In this document: one piece after another, positions 9,202-19,071 of the stretch
Numbering within the stretch: position 1 is the first letter of the stretch
Layout: every line of letters starts with the position of its first letter
Notes under the pieces: generated by a model
Databases searched by the model: none
The model's input: only the letters and a program-made list of their open reading frames with translations
Told to the model about the DNA's origin: nothing
Position numbers and translations under genes: made by a program
Assembly (NCBI GenBank): GCA_963817895.1
Contig: CAWFQB010000004.1
Location: 448,001-512,000 of the forward strand
Length of the DNA: 64,000 nt
Reading direction: 5' to 3'
DNA from: an uncultured Chthonomonadaceae bacterium
Lineage (GTDB): Bacteria > Armatimonadota > Chthonomonadetes > Chthonomonadales > Chthonomonadaceae

Positions 9202-12200
9202 ATCCTCCTAGCTCTGGATTCGGATTATGCACGCGCCCTAGATAGGACGTGCGGGGGCGCGTGTTCAGGTCGGCAAGCACGCCGTAGTTGTGCGGCTCGG
9301 CTTTCAGTTTCGAGACTTCGCTGTTCGGGTCGTTGATGTTGCCGAACACGATGGCGTTGGTCGGGCACGTCTGCTGGCAGGCGGTTTTTATTTCGCCGTC
9401 CGCCAGGTCGCGCTCCTGCATTTTGGCGGTCTGCCGCGCGATATTGATGCGCTGGACGCAGAACGAGCATTTTTCCATCACGCCGCGCCCGCGCACGGTT
9501 ACTTCCGGGTTGTTGCGCATCTTCACTACAGGAATCTCGAAGAAGTTGGCGTAGTTCAGGAAGTTGAAGCGGCGCACTTTGTACGGGCAGTTGTTGGAAC
9601 AGTATTTGGTTCCGATGCACCGATTGTAAATCATCTGATTCAGGCCCTCGTGGCTGTGAATCGTGGCGGCAACCGGGCAGACGGGTTCGCACGGAGCCTG
9701 TTCGCAATGCTGGCACATCATGGGCTGGAAGTACGTGCCCGGATTGTTGACGTAATCCTCGTGATGCTCCGGGTTCGCTTCGTAATACGTGTCAATGCGA
9801 ATCCAGTTCATGTGCCGCCCGATGAGAACCTGCTGCTTGCCGACAATCGGAATATTGTTTTCGGCCTGACACGCCACCATACAGGCGTTACAGCCGATAC
9901 ACGCGGTTTGGTCTACCACCATGCCCCAGGCGTACGCGCCATACTGCGTGTCACCGGGCTGCGGCCATTTCCACTCTGCCGAGGGGTACATGTTGGGCTG
10001 ATCTTCAGCGCTTTGCCGCCGTTTTCGTTTTTGATGGCGAGGTTTTCTTCGCGGTTGGGCGTTTCGGTGTTTGTCCGCGCCCTTTTCGCCAACCTGTCCC
10101 TCACCCTCTTCGGGCGCGAGGCTTGGGCGGCGCTTGAATTCCGCGATGCTGCCCACGCGCACAATGTCGCGCCCGTACATCGTCTGATGGTGCGTGGTCA
10201 CGGCAAGCGGGTAGGTATCGGATAGCTTCTGCACGTCGGCGGCGAAGTGCCAGGGCGCGGACGTGGTAAACAGATTATAAGCGTTGTAGCCGATGTCGTT
10301 GCCGATACTGCCTGCCCGCGTCCGTCCATACCCTAAAAACAGGTTGATGGTATCGTCAGGTACTCCCGGCTGAATGATGACCGGCACTTTTTCCGTTCGG
10401 GACGTACCGTTGGCATCTTTGAACGATACCTCAATAATGTCGGACGGGTGCGCGTAATCGGTATCTAACTGAATATGCAGTTTGTTGGCCGTGTTGATGT
10501 TGATGTACGCGGCGTTGTCCCACGTCACTTTCACGAACGGCTTGGGCAGTTCTTGCAGCCAGCCGTTGTTGCTGTGCCGTCCGTCCCATATATGCGGGTC
10601 GGGGCGCATGGTGATTTCAAAGCCATTGCCGGACGCGGGCGCAGCAGGCAGGGCGGCAATCGCGCCCGCCGCAACCGTAACGGTTCGCGGCGCGGCAGCC
10701 GTGTTCAGGATCACGCCGTCGTGCAGCAGTTTGTTGAAATCGAAGGTTCCGGTCGTGTTCTGGCTTGCCCAATGCTCCTGCACAAGCGCGTAACCGTCGC
10801 GCGGTTCGCCAATCAGCCCGGAAAGAACTTCATGCGCGGACTTGTTGCCGTAAAGTGGTTCGATGAGCGGCTGAATGATGGACGCGGTTCCGTCATAAGC
10901 GCGAATGTCGCTCCACGCTTCCAGAAAATGGGTTTCCGGCAGATGCCACTGGCACAACTCGGAAGTCTCGTCCTCGTACAATCCTAAATGCGCGCGGAAA
11001 GCGGGCTTGCGTATTTGTTCGCGCAGTCCCAAATCTTTCGGCGCGTTGTAAACCGGGTTGCCGCCCAGAATCAGCAGCACATCCACTTTGCCTGCGCGCA
11101 GGTCGCTCGTCAACTGCACAAGGTCCGCGAACTGGTTGGTCGGCGCGGCTTCTACCGGGTCGGTATGGGTTACGGATACGCCCGCGCTGCCCAATGCTTC
11201 GTTAATGGCATGGGCGAGAACGTGTACAGCGGGAGATTGGAAATCGCCGGGAATAACCACGCTGGAACCATGCGGCGCGGATTGCAGGTCTTTCACCGCC
11301 GCTGCGACAAACTTTTGCGTACCCGCGTCCAACGCGCCTGCCGTCATGCCCGCCACGCCCAAGCCTGCGGCAATCGCGCGGGCAATGGGTTCAATCTGGC
11401 TCGGCTTCATGGGCAATTTATGGTCTGCCATTGCCCCGGTAATGCTCGGCGAACACTCCACAACGTACAGGCGGCTCATGTCCCCTTCCGAAGTGGCGCT
11501 GCGAACGCGCCGCCCGTTGATGAAGTCGCGGGCATAGCGGACGCTTCCGGGCATGGACATCAAAAAGTCGGCGTCCAGCGACAGAATACGCTTGGCTTTA
11601 TCCAGATTGTAAATCGTGTTGACGGGAGTTCCGAACGCCAGCCGCGCGCCCTCTCGAACGTTGTCGCGCCCCGCCGGTTCGTACTGTACCCAACGGGCAT
11701 TAGGATACTGCGCCAGCAGGTTTGTCATCTGCGCGGCAAGGGTGGGGGATGTAATAGTTTCCGTCAGAATACGGATACCCGCGCCGCCCGAAGCCCGCTG
11801 CAAAGCGAACGCGCCCCGCGCTTTGTCAAAGAACTCTTTCCACGAACTCACTTCATCCTGACTGGTGACAACCTGCGAACGGTCAGGGTCGTACAGCGGC
11901 AGAATGGAAGCCTGTCCAAGCGCGTCCAATCGTCCCAGACTTGCCGGATGGTCGGGATTGCCCTCCATCTTGATCGGGCGGCCTTCCCGTGACGTGACAA
12001 GCGAACCCACGCCGTACCCGCCGATGCTCGGAATGGCGGTGGCATACACCATTGGGATGCCTTCGATGACCTCTTCGGGCTTGCGCACGTAGGGGACGAG
12101 TTTCTTCTGTTCCTTGTAGCGGCAGCCGCTCAAACCCGCGAGGGCCAGCGACGCCCCGGCAAGCGTCAGGAACTGGCGGCGATCCATGTGCATACCCGCC

Positions 12201-12353
12201 ATGCGCGTGGTTTGCGGAATCTCGTCGGCCAGAAACTCCTGCGTGTCCTGCGTTGCCCAGCAGTTCGCCCAACGTGCGCCAGTACTGCTTGCCCCGCGCG
12301 CCCGATAGCCGCGCCCGGATAGCGTCCATATTTAAGGGGTTGTTGTTGTTCAT
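9200..12353 (-). CDS. actB: Alternative complex III subunit ActB (TAT-variant molybdopterin oxidoreductase-like domain plus Fe-S domain), frameshift near 12260
   Basis: GKQYWRTLGEL N-terminus in a different frame; RRQFL...LSGC Tat-lipoprotein signal; EGRPIKMEGNPDHP; CIGCNAC, CQHCEQAPCEPVCP, CIGTKYCSNNCPY and EKCSFC ferredoxin motifs. Confidence 0.93.
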
Positions 12354-12366
12354 GGTTGGCTCAGGA

Positions 12367-12504
12367 GTAGATAGGTAGATGGGTAGATGGGTAGATGGGT
12401 AGATGACATGACTGGACTCTACCTTTCTGCCGCTATTCGCCTGCATCCACATAACGCAAGCGCATTTTCTACCTATCTACCTGCCTACCTATCTACCTAT
12501 CTAC
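12367..12504. repeat. Inverted octamer-array hairpin (GTAGATRG units), actA/actB spacer
   Basis: Arms at ~12367-12404 and ~12468-12504, imperfectly complementary. Confidence 0.85.
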
Positions 12505-12505
12505 C

Positions 12506-13276
12506 TTACCGGTGGCATATCCAACAGTCGGCAAGTTGCTGCTTCTTGACGCGGTATTTCGGGATCAGTTGCTGCGCGGTTTCGGTTTCGGCGTCGTTGT
12601 TCATGTACGATCCGCCTTCGGCGAGCGCGTACTGGCGCGGCGTCAAACCCTCCCGTTTGGGGTCGTTCTCGTCCTTGCCGCTGGAATCAACCGCGTAGCC
12701 GAAGCGCTGAATGTCCTGATACAGTTTGAAGACGTTTTCGCGGGGCTGAATGAACTTCTCCGGCTGGCGGTGGCAGTTTAAGCACCACACCATAAAGAAG
12801 GTTTTGCCCTTGTACACCATCATCATCTTCTGAATGGGGCCGTGACAGTAGTTGCACGAAACGCCCCGGTTGATGTGAATGTTGTGCGGGAAGTAGACAA
12901 AATCGGGAACGGCGTTCACGTTGTTCCAAAGCAGGGGCTTGCCCTCGGCGTAGCTTTTGCGCGCGGGATCGAGCAGGGGGCTGTCGGTCCAGATTTGCGA
13001 GTGGCATGACATGCACACTTCCGTTGCGGGCAGGGGAGAGTACGAAGACTTCTCCACGCCGCCGTGACAATAGCGGCAGTCAATGCCCAGTTCGACGGCA
13101 TGATGCTCGTGGCTGAAGGGAATCGGCTGCGGCAGGGGAACGCCCACTTTGGTATTCAGGGGCAACCTCGACACGCCGGTCGCGATCAGCAGCGTCGCGC
13201 CGGGGCCGAGGACGCCGAAAACCAGCAGGCTTAATCGCGCAAGCACATTGGTTGCGGGGTGAAAAATTTGAGCCAT
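12506..13276 (-). CDS. actA: Alternative complex III pentaheme cytochrome c ActA
   Basis: MAQIFHP start, one TM, QPIPFSHEHH, five CxxCH motifs (CRYCH, CMSCH, CNYCH, CLNCH, CWICH). Confidence 0.93.
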   Translation of the reverse strand: MAQIFHPATNVLARLSLLVFGVLGPGATLLIATGVSRLPLNTKVGVPLPQPIPFSHEHHAVELGIDCRYCHGGVEKSSYSPLPATEVCMSCHSQIWTDSPLLDPARKSYAEGKPLLWNNVNAVPDFVYFPHNIHINRGVSCNYCHGPIQKMMMVYKGKTFFMVWCLNCHRQPEKFIQPRENVFKLYQDIQRFGYAVDSSGKDENDPKREGLTPRQYALAEGGSYMNNDAETETAQQLIPKYRVKKQQLADCWICHR

Positions 13277-13562
13277 CAATACGCTCCGGGCTGCCATGCG
13301 CGGTCAACACGGCGTCACGCGACGCTTGTTACCGGCACGGGGAATTCAGTTCTGAATGAACACGCGCAACAGGCGCTTCAACGAATTGGACGGCACACGT
13401 CTAACTTACTTAATCGGGGCAGGTTTGGCAGCAATTACGCGCTGTACGCGGGATGGTTCCCCGTCTTAGCCTGCCAATTCCGGGCTAACCTTTTATCATC
13501 ATTGGTATTTTTACGAGCGGCTTGCAGATTCCTGCCGCATTTCAGGGACTTTCAGCAAAAGT

Positions 13563-13580
13563 TTGTGTTTTTTTTCACGA
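13563..13580. promoter_or_regulatory. Candidate Rex-like operator upstream of actA
   Basis: TTGTGTTTTTTTTCACGA versus Rex consensus TTGTGAA-N4-TTCACAA (18 bp, 3 mismatches). Confidence 0.4.
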
Positions 13581-13814
13581 TGCCTGCGCTACCAGTCTGC
13601 TCTTGAGCCTTGTTCGCGAGTTGAAGCCCGCGAAAAGTATTTCTGCTGTCATCAACAAGATTGGGAATTGCGCGATTGTGGAGCGGGTCAGGCAGGTTCA
13701 GTATGTAAACTGTGTCCGCAGTATACCCTCTCCCTCTTGTCTTTGTCTAGGGCTATGCCGCTCAAAGAATGTTCGTAGGGACACAACATGTTGTGTCCTC
13801 TGCTGTACGCCACG

Positions 13815-14834
13815 TCAAGGTGTCAGTACATTATGATCAATCGCCATCACGAGAAATAGCGCGGCCAGATAGATCATCGAATAGTGAAACAGGTGCGACG
13901 CCTGCGGGCGTTCCGGCTTGTGATACAGTTTTATCGTATAGGATACTAGAAACACGTTCAGAAGTCCCGCGCCCGCAAGGTACAGATAACTCGCCTGATG
14001 CTGCGCGAACGGCAGCAGGGTCACGGCAATGGTCATCGCCGTGTAGTAACTGATTTGTCGAACCGTGACGCGCTCGCCGCGCACGGACGGCAGCATCGGA
14101 ATGCCCGCTTTGGTGTAATCCTCTTTGAGCAGGATCGCCAGCGCCCAGAAGTGTACGGGCGTCCAGACAAAGATGATGGCGAACAGCGTCCATGCCAGCG
14201 GGTGCATCGCGTGCGTTACCGCTGTCCACCCGACAAGCGGCGGGAACGAGCCTGCCGCGCCGCCCCACACGATGTTTTGCCACGTCCGGCGTTTCAAAAT
14301 CAGCGTGTACACCACCACATAAAAGGCCAGTCCCGCAAACGCGAACAGGGCGGATTGCAGGCAGCCGAAATGCCACAACAGGCCAAAGGATAAAACCGCA
14401 AGCGTCAGCGCGAACAGCAGGGCATTGCGCGACGTGATAAACTGCGTGACGGTCGGGCGTTTGGCGGTTCGCGCCATGCGCCCGTCAATATCGCGGTCAA
14501 TCACCATGTTGATCGCGTTTGCCGCGCCTGCCATCATGTAACCGCCGATAGCAACCGCCATAAACAGCGCGAAACCGACCGGATGCCGCGCGTCATTGGC
14601 GATATACATGGCTGCAAGCGTGGTGAACAGCAGCAGGCTGATAATGCGCGGCTTGGTCAGCGCGATATAGGCGTTGATGGTTCCACGCAGGGACGGCGGC
14701 GCGAGAACATGCGGAACCGTCACTTCCGGCGTCATGCAGGGCGTGGTTTCACTTGCGACAACGGCTTCGCGCAGTGGCGAACCGGCAGTGGCAAGCGTGT
14801 CTTTGGTCAGGGTGTCAACGGTCGAAATCTTCAC
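13815..14834 (-). CDS. ctaB: Protoheme IX farnesyltransferase (heme O synthase)
   Basis: LTKPRII, NMVIDRDID.RMART..RP, LKRRTWQNIVWGGAAG and WTPVHFWALA motifs. Confidence 0.95.
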   Translation of the reverse strand: MKISTVDTLTKDTLATAGSPLREAVVASETTPCMTPEVTVPHVLAPPSLRGTINAYIALTKPRIISLLLFTTLAAMYIANDARHPVGFALFMAVAIGGYMMAGAANAINMVIDRDIDGRMARTAKRPTVTQFITSRNALLFALTLAVLSFGLLWHFGCLQSALFAFAGLAFYVVVYTLILKRRTWQNIVWGGAAGSFPPLVGWTAVTHAMHPLAWTLFAIIFVWTPVHFWALAILLKEDYTKAGIPMLPSVRGERVTVRQISYYTAMTIAVTLLPFAQHQASYLYLAGAGLLNVFLVSYTIKLYHKPERPQASHLFHYSMIYLAALFLVMAIDHNVLTP

Positions 14835-15780
14835 TCGGGTAAAACCTTTGCGCCAGCGTGGAGGCGCTTAACAGAACCATGACAATCCACAGTAAATCTG
14901 CGAGCAGGAGATGCAGCAACTGCATTCCAATGGGCGTGAGCGTGACAACGTTGAGAAATCCCACCGCGATGTTGATGCCAAATAGTATTACGACATATCG
15001 GGCAAATCGCTGCGTATCTACCGTCGGGCGAAGGCGGACAGCGGCGCGGGCAACGAACAGGGAATAGATGCCGACCGCAATGGCAATGGGCGGATGCAGC
15101 AATCTCAGGCGAATAATCAGATGCGCGCCGGGGTTCAAGTCCTGCTGTAACGCGGCATAGAGATTATTGGCGGGGTACAGCGTGTCGCTCAGGGCGGTAA
15201 TCGCGCCCGTCACCGCCAGAAACAGCGTTGCAATCAGGCCGATGCCAAGCGCGAGGCCGAGCGTTCCCGAATGGCGAAAGGAGAAGCGGGGCCGGCCGCC
15301 GCTCCACCAGGCGGTGAGCGCGAGACACATCAGCAGCACAAAGGTATTGACAAGGTGCAGTGACATCATCACGACGCGGGCGGCGGATTCGTTCCCGGCC
15401 ACCAGTCCGAACAGCACCAGAATTGCGCCGAACGCGGCTTCCGTGAGCGTGAACAGCAGGGACAGGTTGACGCCGAGCCGAACGGGATGGAAACGGGGAA
15501 ACACGCGGTACGCCCACACAACCAACAGTCCGATGAGCGGCAAAATCAGTCCGGTTGAAACGCGATGGGAAAACTCGACAAGGGTGGCAAGCCGCTGAAA
15601 CGCGGGAATCAGATGCCCGCCACAGAACGGCCAGTGCTTGCCGCAGCCGTCGCCCGATCCCGAAGCGCGAACGACAGCGCCCCACACGACGACAAACAGC
15701 ATGTACACCAACACGCCCCACGCATACTGCGGAAACCGAATTCTGGCAAGTGTCTTGACACGCAACAGGTATGCCCCCAC
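14815..15780 (-). CDS. ctaA: Heme A synthase (COX15/CtaA family)
   Basis: GAVVRASGSGDGCGKHWPFC, VEFSHR and conserved His-bearing TM helices. Confidence 0.9.
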   Translation of the reverse strand: MGAYLLRVKTLARIRFPQYAWGVLVYMLFVVVWGAVVRASGSGDGCGKHWPFCGGHLIPAFQRLATLVEFSHRVSTGLILPLIGLLVVWAYRVFPRFHPVRLGVNLSLLFTLTEAAFGAILVLFGLVAGNESAARVVMMSLHLVNTFVLLMCLALTAWWSGGRPRFSFRHSGTLGLALGIGLIATLFLAVTGAITALSDTLYPANNLYAALQQDLNPGAHLIIRLRLLHPPIAIAVGIYSLFVARAAVRLRPTVDTQRFARYVVILFGINIAVGFLNVVTLTPIGMQLLHLLLADLLWIVMVLLSASTLAQRFYPSEDFDR

Positions 15781-15888
15781 TCAAAGGACAGAAGTTAAAG
15801 AAGGATAAACACTTATCCCTTTCCCCTTACCTCTTATCCCTTCCATTGTACCCCGCATTTTCGCTGTTGCCTAGTCTACGAACGAAGG

Positions 15889-15906
15889 TTGTGAAAAATT
15901 GCACAA
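15889..15906. promoter_or_regulatory. Rex-like operator upstream of ctaA-ctaB
   Basis: TTGTGAAAAATTGCACAA, one mismatch to TTGTGAA-N4-TTCACAA. Confidence 0.65.
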
Positions 15907-15994
15907 ACAAAGGAAAGGAAAAAGGAGAAAGGGAAAAGGAAAAAGAAACGAAAGGCTACTGTGTCCCTGTCTCCCTGTCTCCTCTTCTCCTTTT

Positions 15995-16954
15995 CTACTT
16001 CTTGTTCTTGCGGCGGCGCAGGAATGCCGCGCCGGTTACGAACAGGCCGGATAGGAAGGCAACGCTGGAGGGTTCCGGCACGGGGGGAGCAGCGGGCGCA
16101 ATGAAGCCCTGTACCACGAGGACTCGGTTTCCTCCGCCGAACGTGGAAAATACAAAATCGCCTGTCAGCGGATCAATCACGGCGCCTTCCGCTCCGCCAA
16201 GGCCGGTAATAAAGTCTCGGCGTGACGCGACATTCAAATCGCCTGTGGCCGTGACGTCATAGGCTCCAACAGTGCCGGAGCCGTACTCTGACAGCAAGGC
16301 GCTGTCGCCTGCGAAATCCGCGTTGCCGCCTGCGACAAAGGCGATACCTTCCGGCCCACGATTGGGCTGGCTTTGCAGCGTGGCTCCGGTAATGTCGTAA
16401 GTGCCGGTTCCATCCGACGACAGCGTGGCGCTATACTGGCCGCCCCCGCTGTAGGAGAGGATTTTGAACCCGCCTGCGCCTCCGAATCCCGCAGGCACGA
16501 AGTTCAGCGAGCCGACCGAGGAGGTCACGCCGGACAGAGAGACGATTTTGTCCGGGCTGCTGCTGCCCGGTTTGATCTCGCCGATTTGATTGTTTGGAAA
16601 GGCCGTGTAAAATAACACGCCGCCCGGACCATACGCCAATCCGCCATCAATGTTGGGCGCAGTGGAAAACAGCGTGGCGCTGCCGGAAAAACCTGTGATG
16701 TGGTTGCCACTGCCGCGCACGACGTTCACGGAATAGATGCTCCCGGAACCATTGTTGGCATTTCCCCCGATGAGGAGGCTATTGGTATTGCCCGCCTGAA
16801 AGACAAGGCCGCCATAAGGCCCCGGCAGTCCTGAAACCGAGCCAACATTTGTCAGTGTGTAATCGCTTGCGAAGGGTGCCGAAAGCGTTTGCGCGTGAGA
16901 CGTAGCGGCAGTCATCAAGAGCAACACTGCCAATCCGAGTGTACGATGACGCAT
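15995..16954 (-). CDS. PEP-CTERM sorting domain protein, probable beta-propeller
   Basis: Signal peptide; C-terminal VPEPSS + TM + RRRKNKK; Gly/Ser-rich beta-repeat body. Confidence 0.9.
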   Translation of the reverse strand: MRHRTLGLAVLLLMTAATSHAQTLSAPFASDYTLTNVGSVSGLPGPYGGLVFQAGNTNSLLIGGNANNGSGSIYSVNVVRGSGNHITGFSGSATLFSTAPNIDGGLAYGPGGVLFYTAFPNNQIGEIKPGSSSPDKIVSLSGVTSSVGSLNFVPAGFGGAGGFKILSYSGGGQYSATLSSDGTGTYDITGATLQSQPNRGPEGIAFVAGGNADFAGDSALLSEYGSGTVGAYDVTATGDLNVASRRDFITGLGGAEGAVIDPLTGDFVFSTFGGGNRVLVVQGFIAPAAPPVPEPSSVAFLSGLFVTGAAFLRRRKNKK

Positions 16955-17028
16955 GATGAAACTCTCCTTTGTGAGATCATGAGTTCAAGAAACAACGATA
17001 TTCAACAGACTACCATTAAAATATGTAT

Positions 17029-17085
17029 TGCAAGATTCATGCCAATCTGCTACTTGTGCGCTTTGTGACGTAAAATATACCGACT
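17029..17085 (-). promoter_or_regulatory. Sigma-54 (-24/-12) promoter plus candidate upstream activator site for the PEP-CTERM gene
   Basis: Minus strand TGGCATG-AATC-TTGCA at 17029-17044; CGTAAAATATACCGACT at 17069-17085. Confidence 0.7.
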
Positions 17086-17207
17086 TTTTTTCGATACCGG
17101 TAAAATTGACGGGACATTATCGTTGTTTCGTCTGCTGTCTGGGCTGTGGATGGCGGTTTGGGAGGAAACCTCCGGTGCAATGACGAACGCACAGGCATCT
17201 TACAAGA

Positions 17208-17392
17208 TTGGGAGAAACGAACTCTGTGGATGTGTTAAAACCGCTTTGTGAAACCTATCTGCGCGAACTGCGGGATCAGCGCAATCAATCCAACAGCACG
17301 GACGAACTCTCGTACCGGGACTATCCGGGCAAGTTCCTGCAGGGGGTGAAAGACGCGCCTAGCAAACCGGCGGATTTCACCGGCGAAGCCAA
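17208..17392 (+). pseudogene. Possible N-terminal remnant of an N6-adenine methylase / restriction-modification enzyme
   Basis: YLRELRDQ...STDELSYRD resembles the start of fused RM enzymes; the frame then runs into the antisense of the next gene. Confidence 0.3.
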
Positions 17393-17884
17393 TCAGGGTT
17401 CTTCGGTTTCGGACTGCTCTTCCAGCATAGCTTCCAGTTCCGCCAGTGCTTCAAGGTCTTTGGGACGCCCGACCGCCCGCTTCACAAAGATAAGTCGATC
17501 CAGTCCGAGACAATGGCAACGCACTCCAAAAACGTCGAGAACAACACTGTACGCCAGCAAATCTTCGTACCCGCCGCCTGCCGTGATCTCGCCCAACAGG
17601 TCAATTTCACCAAGCGTGGTGGTCAGTGTGAAATTCAGCCCGTTGCGAATCGTTTGCCCCTCCAGATGAAACGGCAGACCCGGCGGCATTCCGCGCAAAT
17701 AGGGTTCATAGGGGGCAAGCGCGGCAGCCAGGCGATTGGCGTTTTCCGAGTCCCGACGGTACACAATATCAAGATCAAGTGTCAGTTGGCTGGCTCCATG
17801 CGCGGTTGCCGCCGCGCCGCCAATGATAATGTACTCGACACCGCCCTCCGTCAGCGCCTGTAAAAGAGCGCGAAAGTTGGTCAT
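17393..17884 (-). CDS. Nucleotidyltransferase-fold protein
   Basis: IIGG.AA..HG...T.DLDI catalytic motif; C-terminal KRAVGRPKD. Confidence 0.8.
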   Translation of the reverse strand: MTNFRALLQALTEGGVEYIIIGGAAATAHGASQLTLDLDIVYRRDSENANRLAAALAPYEPYLRGMPPGLPFHLEGQTIRNGLNFTLTTTLGEIDLLGEITAGGGYEDLLAYSVVLDVFGVRCHCLGLDRLIFVKRAVGRPKDLEALAELEAMLEEQSETEEP

Positions 17885-18069
17885 GGTCGCCGCCGCGCTT
17901 CGCGTCCGGCGCGTTGTAGCTCTTCCGCAAAACGTTGGAGTTCCATCAGACGCTCGAAACGCTCTTCAACCGTGCGCTTCATATTTTCTCGAATCAGCGT
18001 TCGGTCTATGTCCTTCTTGTAGGCTTCGATGACGGGATCAGGGGGAAAGGGAAACGGTTGTTTTGCCAT
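17881..18069 (-). CDS. Small helical partner protein of the nucleotidyltransferase
   Basis: 62 aa, DIDRTLIRENMKRTVEERF; ATGA overlap with the downstream gene. Confidence 0.7.
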   Translation of the reverse strand: MAKQPFPFPPDPVIEAYKKDIDRTLIRENMKRTVEERFERLMELQRFAEELQRAGREARRRP

Positions 18070-18241
18070 GCGCTTTGTTCTCTTTTCCTGCGGTTCTTTG
18101 TCCGCAATGAAGTAACGGCAATATACCCGACTCCGGGCTAAAGTTCGACTCTAGTTCAATAATCCTGTTCCATCCTGAAAATCCTGTTAATCCTGTCTAT
18201 TTCCCTTTGCCTTATTTTGGCACAACAGCAAAGCAAAATTG

Positions 18242-19036
18242 TTACTGTTTAGCCCCGGCTTGCCGGAGCAATTGTTTGATTTTGCGCCGAATGACGGGAT
18301 TGTCTATCCTATCCGCGTGAGTCCATGCAGTGTTGTTGGGAGCCGGATTATTGACATCCACTTTGTGGGCGATAAGCAGGGCCACCATAGCCGGATCATT
18401 GGCGCCAATGGCATACGTCAGGGGTATTCCACCCTGCCGATTGCTGTGATTGACATCGGCTCCGCGTTCGAGCAGCAGGCGGGCTATCTCTAAATTTCCC
18501 GCGCCACACGCTTGCGTGAAAGGCGTGTCGCCCGCTCCATCACTGGTGTCCACCCACGCGCCCGCGTCCAGCAAAGCCCGCGCTATTTCGACGTTGTGGG
18601 AGATCACCGGCCCCATCAGCAGCGGATCATCTATGCCGGAACTTAGCAGTAGATTGTTGGGGTTTGCTCCGCGCTGTAACAGCGCTTTGACAAGCCGGAT
18701 GTTGTCGTGATCCACTGCCAGCGGCAGAAGCGGCTCGTCCATATAAGGAGTTTGCGGCTGTCGAAACTGCTCCCACCGCCATCTGAGCCATGCTCCCATC
18801 GCGTGTGGCGGTTCGGGGGAGTAGAAGGGCAACGCGACAGTCATTTTCGCGTCGCCCCCCTCTTGCAGCGCAAGCAGAGCCGCTTCCGTGTTATTGTTTG
18901 TGACCGCTTCCAGCAGCGCGCTGTTGCGTTGTTCTTGTTTGCGATCTCGCCACATCTGCGCGGCAGGCATGGCGGCCAATGCCGCCAAAAGGCCGCAGAC
19001 GAGGAGAACACTACGGGAGGGCCAGAAGCGTCTCAT
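18242..19036 (-). CDS. Ankyrin repeat protein with N-terminal membrane anchor
   Basis: GDTPFTQACGAGNLEIARLLLERGADVN and similar ankyrin repeats. Confidence 0.88.
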   Translation of the reverse strand: MRRFWPSRSVLLVCGLLAALAAMPAAQMWRDRKQEQRNSALLEAVTNNNTEAALLALQEGGDAKMTVALPFYSPEPPHAMGAWLRWRWEQFRQPQTPYMDEPLLPLAVDHDNIRLVKALLQRGANPNNLLLSSGIDDPLLMGPVISHNVEIARALLDAGAWVDTSDGAGDTPFTQACGAGNLEIARLLLERGADVNHSNRQGGIPLTYAIGANDPAMVALLIAHKVDVNNPAPNNTAWTHADRIDNPVIRRKIKQLLRQAGAKQ

Positions 19037-19071
19037 TATAAAGCAAGTCTCCTTTTCTCGTCTTTTCCGGC

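Noticed and set aside
10010..10085. Basic insert RNAQPRRKPRHQKRKRR in ActB as a functional motif
   Set aside because: The alternative frame reads as ordinary linker (NTETPNREENLAIKNENGGK), so compensating indel errors are plausible.
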